The position numbers and the translations under genes are program-made. A stretch of 64,000 bases of DNA, taken from IMG/VR virus record IMGVR_UViG_3300045988_144737; one strand, 5' to 3'. The stretch is from a virus. Positions 57,282-64,000 of the stretch are shown here, piece after piece (positions within the stretch are counted from its first letter, which is position 1; every line of letters starts with the position of its first letter). The notes beneath the pieces are model-generated. The model was not told the origin of the DNA and made no database searches. It worked only from the letters and a program-made list of their open reading frames with translations.

Positions 57282-57320
57282 ATAAGAGTGATATAGTAAT
57301 ATATTACTCTTATTTTTTTA
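57282..57320 (+). terminator. Rho-independent terminator
   Basis: ATAAGAGT (57282-89) / ACTCTTAT (57306-13) followed by T7. Confidence 0.7.
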
Positions 57321-57353
57321 CACATCTTAAATATAAAATAGGAGGATTTAATT

Positions 57354-57887
57354 ATGTCAAATGATAAAATATTGTTAAAATTTAAAAAAAAGAATAAAAA
57401 AAGATTTGTGTTTAATGGGGAAACTGTATTAGTAAAACCTTATATTGAATATCCAGAGATTAAAACAATCATTGATATGTCTATTGGAAAATTAGGTGTT
57501 GAAAATGATTTTGATGGTATCTTAACATTAGATGATATCTATACAGCAAAGGCTTGCGCTGATTTATATCTAATTCAATTATTGACAAATGTAAACCTTG
57601 AAAACGTTGAATACGAAGAGGCGTTACAAAGTGGGTTAATTACTTTGGTTAAGAGTAAAATTGATAATATCAAAGAGTTTGAAAGTGTGTTTGATAGCTA
57701 TCTAAATGTTTTGAACAATCAAATGTTGCTTAATGGAATTTTAAAGGGAGTACCAAATTTAGAGGAGCTAGATTTATTGAGTCAAAAGGTTGTTAAAGAT
57801 TTTAATGATGTTGACAAAGATAAAGTTGATAAAATTTTACAACATGATATAGTTTCAAAAGTTGCCAAACAAAGTGTCAAAGGTTAG
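57354..57887 (+). CDS. Putative tail assembly chaperone
   Basis: Position upstream of the tape measure. TAGGAGGAT RBS. Confidence 0.4.
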   Translation: MSNDKILLKFKKKNKKRFVFNGETVLVKPYIEYPEIKTIIDMSIGKLGVENDFDGILTLDDIYTAKACADLYLIQLLTNVNLENVEYEEALQSGLITLVKSKIDNIKEFESVFDSYLNVLNNQMLLNGILKGVPNLEELDLLSQKVVKDFNDVDKDKVDKILQHDIVSKVAKQSVKG

Positions 57888-57896
57888 ATAATCATT

Positions 57897-58394
57897 ATGG
57901 GAGAATATATTATTGATATAGACACATTTCAACGTGATATGGAAAATGGCATACAATTAGCGTTAGAAGATGCGAGTGAAACCATTTACAAAGAGTTATT
58001 AAAATGTATTAAAACCTACACCTATGTTGATATGAGTAATGAAGATTATTTTAATGGCGAGGGGGCTACTGGTGAATTTGCCAATAGTTTTGATGTAACT
58101 CCATTAAAGCATGACATTAGTGGATTTGTCAAAGAGTTATACTTCGACCCTAATAAACTAAGTGTGCAATACGCAGGCGGTGGATATGGTTGGAACGCTC
58201 ATGCAAGTGTAGGCGGAGAAGATGTTCGAGAAGATATGTTGGATATTTTGAACGTTAGTGGCATACATGGATTAGGTGGTAAAACAAATCGACAACCATA
58301 TTTAGATTTATTTTTAAATTGGCTAGAAAACAACTTCAAAGATATAATTAAATCTTCCTTATACAAATATGATGTATGGGTTTATAACCTCTAA
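57897..58394 (+). CDS. Hypothetical tail-module protein
   Basis: 165-aa ORF directly upstream of the tape measure. Confidence 0.4.
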   Translation: MGEYIIDIDTFQRDMENGIQLALEDASETIYKELLKCIKTYTYVDMSNEDYFNGEGATGEFANSFDVTPLKHDISGFVKELYFDPNKLSVQYAGGGYGWNAHASVGGEDVREDMLDILNVSGIHGLGGKTNRQPYLDLFLNWLENNFKDIIKSSLYKYDVWVYNL

Positions 58395-58419
58395 ATTTAT
58401 GAAAGGAGGGTGAAAAAAC

Positions 58420-59712
58420 GTGGCTCAAGAAAAATATATTGCTAGTATTAAAGTAGCATTGGATAAGGCTAGTATTGAAGATGTTACCAAAAGACTTGAT
58501 ACAATAACTTCTCAAAAACGAGAAATGTCGTTGGCAATCAATAAGGGCGATATGGATGCCTTCTACAATTCGGTTGCAAAGGTTGAAACGGAGACAAAGA
58601 AATTACAATCGTCATTGAATATTACTGCCAAAGACACTAAGACTTTAATTAGTAGTTATAATCAAGCTAATAATTCTAGCAATAGATTAAATCAAACACT
58701 AGATAAACAAATACAAAAATTAAATAAAATTAGAGCATTACATCAAAGCGCATTTGAAGATGAAGGTATTGGCGGTCAATTCGATAAGGTGAATGAGGCT
58801 ATTAGCAAAGCCCAAGCCGATACTACAGCGGAAAATGTTTCAAATGTAAAAAAGCAAATAAGTTTATTGAGTGATGAAGTTTCTATTTATAATAATAGAG
58901 AAAAGTCGTTAGGGGAACAATTAAGGTATAGTGCCGAAAGATTTACTAAGTATGTAATTGGTGCACAAGCATTGTTTATGACTATTTCTGTCGTTAACAA
59001 AATGATTGATAATGTCAAGGAGTTAGATAGTGCATTAGTCGAAATACAAAAGGTTACAAATCTTAGCGGACAAGCATTGCAAGATTATACCGACAAAGCA
59101 TTTCAAGTAGGCGAAACGGTTGGTAGAACTGGTACTGAAGTATTAAAGGCTGCTGGAGATTTTGCTCGAAGTGGATATGCTTTAAATGAAACCTTGACAT
59201 TGGCTCAAGAAGCTGCTACAATGTTAAATGTAGCCGATGAAATGAGTGATATTTCAACTGCGTCATCAACTTTAATTTCAGTAATGAAAGCATATAATTT
59301 ACAAGCTAGTCAAGCTGGTGAAATTACTGATACGTTGAATGAGGTAAGTAATAATGCTGCGATATCTTTTGATGATTTGGCAGAAGGAATTTCCAGATCT
59401 GGTGCAGTATACGCTCAAGCTGGAACTTCTATGGGCGAATTAACGGGATTGCTTACAGGTGCAAACGAAGTATTACAAAATATTGAGAAAACTTCTACTG
59501 GTTTGGTAACAATATCTCAACGTATTAGAGGTATTGAAGAAGCAGGAGATGAGGCTACACCAGGGGTTGCCAAATTAGGCAAGGACTTGGAAGAAATAGC
59601 TGGAATTAATTTAATGGATAGCGAGGGTCAACTAAGAGATACTTATGATATTCTCAAAGACTTGGCAGAAGTCTATCCTACGTTGACTACAAATCAACGT
59701 CAATATTTGGGT
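58420..59712 (+). CDS. Tail tape-measure protein, exon 1
   Basis: GTG after AAAGGAGGGTG. Coiled-coil N-terminus then a PhageMin_Tail-like core (..ALVEIQKVTNLSGQ..GRTGTEVLKAAGDFARSGY..). Ends ..TTNQRQYLG. The ORF-track tail WLLCLAQ.. is intron read-through. Confidence 0.8.
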
Positions 59713-60087
59713 TGGCTACTATGTTTAGCCCAATTAAAACAATTTGAATTGTTGGGAAGTCCTAAAGTCTATTAAACTACAACGTGGCTTGAAAAGGCGA
59801 GCGTGAATGTGAACGAAAGTTAGAAAAAATTAATAGAATGGCATATGGTGAAATATGAATGTGGTGACATAGCCCTAAGTGCTTTATAATGGATAATCAA
59901 CAGCCAAGACTCGTATAGAGTAAGGTTTAACGACTATCTCGTAAGAGAGTAGGGTCACAAGCGATTGGTGACTCGAAGCGGATTGGCTCTCAATGAGAGT
60001 ATGATATAGTCTGTTCTCATGCGAAAGTATGAGTATTTGATATAATTCAAATAGGCTTAGTCTAGCGAACTAAGTTTCACAAAAAAG
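59713..60087 (+). mobile_element. Group I intron A in the tape-measure gene (ORF-less, 375 nt)
   Basis: P1 TTGGGT (59707-12) / GCCCAA (59728-33) with U.G. Q AATCAACAGCC, R GGTTTAACGACTATC, S ATGATATAGTCTG, P9 CTCATgcgaaagtATGAG. Ends in G 60087. Confidence 0.7.
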
Positions 60088-60102
60088 GAGCAGATAGCTG
60101 GT
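60088..60102 (+). CDS. Tail tape-measure protein, 15-nt micro-exon (EQIAG)
   Basis: GAGCAGATAGCTGGT. Preceded by G, ends in U that pairs in the P1 of intron B. Keeps the frame. Confidence 0.6.
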
Positions 60103-61419
60103 TAATCTTTAGCCAGAGTGTATAGAGATATACACCAAGTACAGACCTAATTGCTGGGAACTCTCGAAGTATTTATAAACTAAACATACTTAGAAATAAG
60201 CATGTATAAGTGATATATATAAATATATGTGACAATCAGCAGCGAAGCCCCTAAGTCGTTTAGATATGGGGTGTGTTCAACGACTATCGAAATTAATAAT
60301 AAATATAACTCTACAATGTAGAGAATAAGGCACGTAAAAGTGGATGAATAAAGTAGAGTACGCCTTTATGGTGGAAATGGTCTGCCCCTATTATATAGGG
60401 TGAAGATATAGTCTAGTCTTGCATGAGAGTGTAAGGATTTTTTATTGTTGAATTGAATAATGATATGAAGAAAAAATTAGATGAAAAAATAGAAGATGCT
60501 AAAAAGTTTATAAAAGAAAATTATAATAATAAGTACGAATTTGTAGATGCTTATTATAAAAACACTAAGAGCAAAAGAAGGAAAAATGGGCGCAATGAGT
60601 TTTTTATTAAATTAAAATGTAACACATGCAGCGAAGTGTTTGAAAGAAAATATTGCGCTTTTAAAGCTAATGATAGATGTTTTTATTGTGTTACATATAC
60701 TCAAAATTCATTTTTGCATAATCAAATCAGCTTAATGGCAAAACGATATTGTGATAATGTTGAAACAGAAAAAGACATAGGCTTTAAAGGCTTGAAAGGA
60801 AAGCCTAGTAAATATGATTTATATATTCCAAATCATTATGAATTTGGAAATGTTTTAATAGAATTTCAAAGTAGATTCCATGATAACAAAAGGGATTTTG
60901 ACATGAAGAAAAAGCAATACGCTTTAGAAAGTGGATTTAATTTCATGGAGTTTGATGAGCGAGATTACAATATTGATGATGTTAGTTTAATATTATTTGG
61001 TAAGGTTGTTGATGAAGATATTAAAAATAATTTCTTAAAAAGACCAATCGATTTTGATGAAGTTCAAAAACTTTTAGATAAAAATATGACGTATAAAGCG
61101 ATTGGAGAAAAATTAAAAATATCACCAAATATTATTCAAAACCATGTCAACCGAGGTAGGTTGTATTTAAGAAAAGATAGAATGAATTATACTCATAACA
61201 AAACACCATTGATAAGAATTGACGCCCAAGGGAATATAACCGAGGTCGACAGCGCTTGGGGGTATTTTAAATCAACAGGTGACAAAATACCCAGACCAAA
61301 ACAAGGAAGTATGATTTTTAGTCACGGTTATTTTTGGGTAAGAAAAAATGACTATATTAATAACAATTACAAAGAACACAGGAGATTTAAAAAAATTCAA
61401 CAATAAATAAATTAAAACG
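60103..61419 (+). mobile_element. Group I intron B in the tape-measure gene, with homing-endonuclease gene
   Basis: P1 CTGGT (60098-102) / GCCAG (60112-16). P2 GTGTATA/TATACAC. P AATTGCTGGGAAC, Q AATCAGCAGCG, R GTGTTCAACGACTATC, S GAAGATATAGTCTAG. Ends in G 61419. Confidence 0.7.
60465..61406 (+). CDS. Homing endonuclease: zinc ribbon plus DUF559/Vsr-like PD-(D/E)XK core plus C-terminal HTH
   Basis: CNTCS..CFYC; KYDLYIPNHYEFGNVLIEFQSRFH; MTYKAIGEKLKISPNIIQNHVNRG. ATG 60465 is preferred over the TTG at 60453. Confidence 0.6.
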   Translation: MKKKLDEKIEDAKKFIKENYNNKYEFVDAYYKNTKSKRRKNGRNEFFIKLKCNTCSEVFERKYCAFKANDRCFYCVTYTQNSFLHNQISLMAKRYCDNVETEKDIGFKGLKGKPSKYDLYIPNHYEFGNVLIEFQSRFHDNKRDFDMKKKQYALESGFNFMEFDERDYNIDDVSLILFGKVVDEDIKNNFLKRPIDFDEVQKLLDKNMTYKAIGEKLKISPNIIQNHVNRGRLYLRKDRMNYTHNKTPLIRIDAQGNITEVDSAWGYFKSTGDKIPRPKQGSMIFSHGYFWVRKNDYINNNYKEHRRFKKIQQ

Positions 61420-61531
61420 AAGAGACAAGTTGCAGTTTTAGAAAGTTTATTAACAAATTGGCAATCTGTAGACAAAGCAGTACAAGCAGCTGCAAATAGT
61501 ACAGGTAGTGCAACTGAGGAACAAGAGAGGT
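61420..61531 (+). CDS. Tail tape-measure protein, exon 3
   Basis: KRQVAVLESLLTNWQSVDKAVQAAANSTGSATEEQER plus 1 nt. Not in ORF track (no start codon). Confidence 0.7.
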
Positions 61532-62939
61532 TAGAATAAAATAGCCTATGTGTATAGTAATATGCACTAAGAATATATTTAATTGCAGGTAATCCCTAAA
61601 GTCTTGCACCACAATAATGGCGAAAGCACATTATGAAGGTACGAAAGTAGAAACAACGCAAGAATGGCATATGGTCAAAAGCCTAAGTGTCTATACAATG
61701 GGTGTTCATGCAACCAAGTTCCCTAACGTTATACACAAATCATGTGTTAGTTAAGTCGAGGGAAAAGGTTCAACGACCAGATTCATGTCGAGATTAAAGC
61801 AAGAGAATAAGGGTGGAAATCCCGAATACTTTAATCAATAATCGTAGGGCGCAATCGCTATTGGCGTGGGTGAGAACCCCTTAAATCGAAAAGGTATACC
61901 CCTATATAATATTAGGGTGAAGAAATGGTCTGCGCATATGCGAAAGTATATGAATTAAATATCGAGTTATTATAAAAGGGGATGGTATTATTAAAAGAAA
62001 ATTGTGGGATATAAATAGTGTAAGAGAGTTTTTAAAGGAGAGAGGATATAATTTAATTTCTGAAGAATACAAAAATAACAAAGAAAAGATATTTTTTGAA
62101 AAAGATGGTTATAAGTATTCGAGTACCATAAATTGTATCACGAGACAAAAAGATGTTCAATCTAAGTTTTCGGCACGCAACCCATATATGTTGGAAAATA
62201 TTAAAAAATATATGCGTGACAACAATTGGAAAATTAAATTATTAACTAAAATAAATCCTCATAAAAATGATGATAAGTTGGAGTTTCAATGCGTTTGTGG
62301 TGCTAAATTTAGTGCCACGTTTAAAAATTTGAGAAAAAATGTAGACCCATTGTGTCCTGCTTGTTCAATAAGAAGACGTAGCAATATGCTTAAAACCACA
62401 AAGGAAGAGGCTAATAGGTTTTTAAAAGAAAATGGTTATAAAATAAAAATTATAGGAAACTATACAAAAGGTAATGCGCCTACGACCTTTTTGTGTGATT
62501 GTGGTAATGTTTTTACTACTACATTTCATGATGTTAAGTGGAGCAAGCGAATTCAATGTCCTGAATGTAATAACGTTATGTCAAAAATAGAAAGATTAAC
62601 TGAAAATTATTTAAGGGATTTGGGAATGTTGTTTGAGATGCAAAAAACTTTTGATGGATGTAAGATGAAAAGGTTGTTGCGCTTTGATTTTTATTTACCC
62701 AAATTAAATACTTGTATAGAGGTGCAAGGAGAGCAACATTATAAGAAAAAGTTTTATGTCAAAGATTGGGAATTAACTCAACGTAGAGATGAGACAAAGA
62801 GGGATTTTTGCTTAAAAAATGGTATCAAGTTAATAGAAGTTCCTTGGTATCTCTATAAAGACAATCAATATAAGACTTACATATTAGAACAACTCGATAT
62901 TTAATTAGTTAAAATTAGCGATTTTAATTAACATTACGG
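61532..62939 (+). mobile_element. Group I intron C in the tape-measure gene, with homing-endonuclease gene
   Basis: P1 AGGT (61528-31) / GCCT (61544-47). P2 GTGTATA/TATGCAC. R GGTTCAACGACCAGA and S GAAGAAATGGTCTGC carry compensatory P7 changes (GACCA/TGGTC versus GACTA/TAGTC in the other introns). Ends in G 62939. Confidence 0.7.
62002..62904 (+). CDS. Homing endonuclease: two (helical module plus zinc ribbon) repeats plus DUF559/Vsr-like PD-(D/E)XK core
   Basis: VREFLKERGYNLIS..CVCG..CPAC and ANRFLKENGYKIKI..CDCG..CPEC. ERLTENYLRDLG..RFDFYLPKLNTCIEVQGEQH. TTG start. Confidence 0.6.
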   Translation: MWDINSVREFLKERGYNLISEEYKNNKEKIFFEKDGYKYSSTINCITRQKDVQSKFSARNPYMLENIKKYMRDNNWKIKLLTKINPHKNDDKLEFQCVCGAKFSATFKNLRKNVDPLCPACSIRRRSNMLKTTKEEANRFLKENGYKIKIIGNYTKGNAPTTFLCDCGNVFTTTFHDVKWSKRIQCPECNNVMSKIERLTENYLRDLGMLFEMQKTFDGCKMKRLLRFDFYLPKLNTCIEVQGEQHYKKKFYVKDWELTQRRDETKRDFCLKNGIKLIEVPWYLYKDNQYKTYILEQLDI

Positions 62940-64000
62940 ATTTAAATTCTATTGAGGGTAAAACCCAACAAATGTTGTCGGCATTTGAACAATTATCTAC
63001 TAATACATTAGATAGTAATTGGCTTAAAATGTTAATAGATGCCTCAACCGCAGTTATTGAATTAACTGATAATGTAGGGTTATTAAATGTAGCTTTTGGA
63101 GCATTTGTTGCTTATGCTACTTTTAAAAATGAGGGTAAGCCAACTAAATTGTGGGAAACATTAAAAAACAATATTATAGAAATAAGGGATAACGTTAAGA
63201 GCACAACGGTTTCTTTAAGCAAACAAGATGAAGGCGTTAAGGAAATCTTGTTGTCACAAAAGAATTTAAAGACCTTAGAAGAACAAAGGGCTTATCTTAA
63301 AAAAACCGAAACAAAATATAACGAGGCTACATTGGGTCTTATTCACCAACAAGTTGCAGCTGAGAGAACAAAAAATCAAGTGGTAGCAGTTGGTAAATCA
63401 TTAGCAATGGGGCTAGTTGGTGTTTTGGCAGGTATGGCACTAAGTGCTGTTATTTCTTCAGCAGCCGAGGCATTTCATGAATGGACTCATCCAATTGAAA
63501 CAGCCAAAGAAAACTTAGATGAAATATCTAATGAGTTAGAAAGTGCCAATAGTGAACTTGAGGGGTTAAAAAATTCTACAAAAGACTTAACTCCACAAGA
63601 AGAAACTAGGTTACAAGTATTACAAGCACAAACTGAGCAATTAAAACAACAACAAGAATTGCAGGCACAAGAAACTGGTAAAATGCAATTCAAAGACACC
63701 AGTGGTGGTCAAGTTGAAAGAGTTCAAAAATATGATGGTACATTTACTTATAAATATAAAGTAGATACAAGCGAAGTAGATGCGTTTAACGCTAAATTGG
63801 AAGATGGAACTAATTATACGGTTCATGCCGATATGAGCGAGATTGAAGATGCTAAACAAACTATGATTGATGCAGCCAACGCTATTAGTGAAGCTGGTGT
63901 TGATGCTACTGATGAACAAAAAGAAGCATACAATCAATCGGTTGAAAATTACAATGAGATAGCTACTCAATATGCTGATATATTCGCTCAAATGACCGCA
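62940..64000 (+). CDS. Tail tape-measure protein, exon 4 (open at window end)
   Basis: (Y)LNSIEGKTQQMLSAFEQLSTNTLDSNWLKMLIDAS.., TM-like GLVGVLAGMALSAVISS, then coiled coil. Frame open to nt 64000. Not in ORF track. Confidence 0.75.

Noticed and set aside
60140-60170. Alternative micro-exon TDLIAG (ACAGACCTAATTGCTGGG) between the two intron cores
   Set aside because: No position in that frame is preceded by G and compatible with the P1-supported 5' splice site at 59712. The segment is instead the P3/P4 (AATTGCTGGGAAC) element of intron B.
61272-61612. Minus-strand ORFs 61272..61475 and 61412..61612
   Set aside because: Antisense to the endonuclease gene end, TMP exon 3 and the intron C 5' region.
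63487-63991. Minus-strand ORFs 63487..63699 and 63641..63991
   Set aside because: Antisense to TMP exon 4, whose plus-strand frame is open for more than 1 kb with TMP-like sequence.

Overview
AT-rich (about 30% GC by eye) segment of a large tailed dsDNA phage or prophage of a low-GC Gram-positive host, judged from GGAGG-type Shine-Dalgarno sites and TTGACA/TATAAT-type promoters. Layout: (i) 1-21.7 kb, minus-strand replication/recombination module: RecD-like helicase (cut by the window edge), DnaE-type Pol III alpha, ABC-ATPase/GNAT pair, RecB-family nuclease, primase, DnaB-like helicase, a TnpB element, AAA_24-like ATPase, SSB-like protein, cold-shock protein, DUF3310, antirepressor, HAD hydrolase, tyrosine recombinase, MazF-like toxin. 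(ii) 21.7-22.8 kb, gene-free divergent control region. (iii) 22.8-27.9 kb, plus-strand cassette of about 14 small genes behind reiterated, partly palindromic promoters (looks like a host-takeover module). (iv) 27.9-30.4 kb, a 2.5 kb gene-free region with extreme strand asymmetry (C-depleted GT-rich tract), inverted repeats and iteron-like motifs. (v) 30.4-41.1 kb, middle genes: a YonO/RdRP-like single-subunit RNA polymerase, a second TnpB element, an HU-like protein, a metallophosphoesterase. (vi) 41.4-43.1 kb, lysis cassette. (vii) 43.2-64.0 kb, packaging and siphovirus-like morphogenesis genes up to a tape-measure gene that runs off the right edge. The strongest signal is five group I introns, each with recognisable Q/R/S core elements, a P1 helix with a U.G pair at the 5' splice site, and exact frame restoration: one in dnaE, one two codons upstream of the DFDGD catalytic motif of the RNA polymerase, and three in the tape-measure gene. 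Two of the tape-measure introns flank a 15-nt micro-exon. Four of the five introns carry homing-endonuclease genes. No rRNA, tRNA or CRISPR array was recognised. All calls come from reading the sequence and remembered family motifs; no database search was run.
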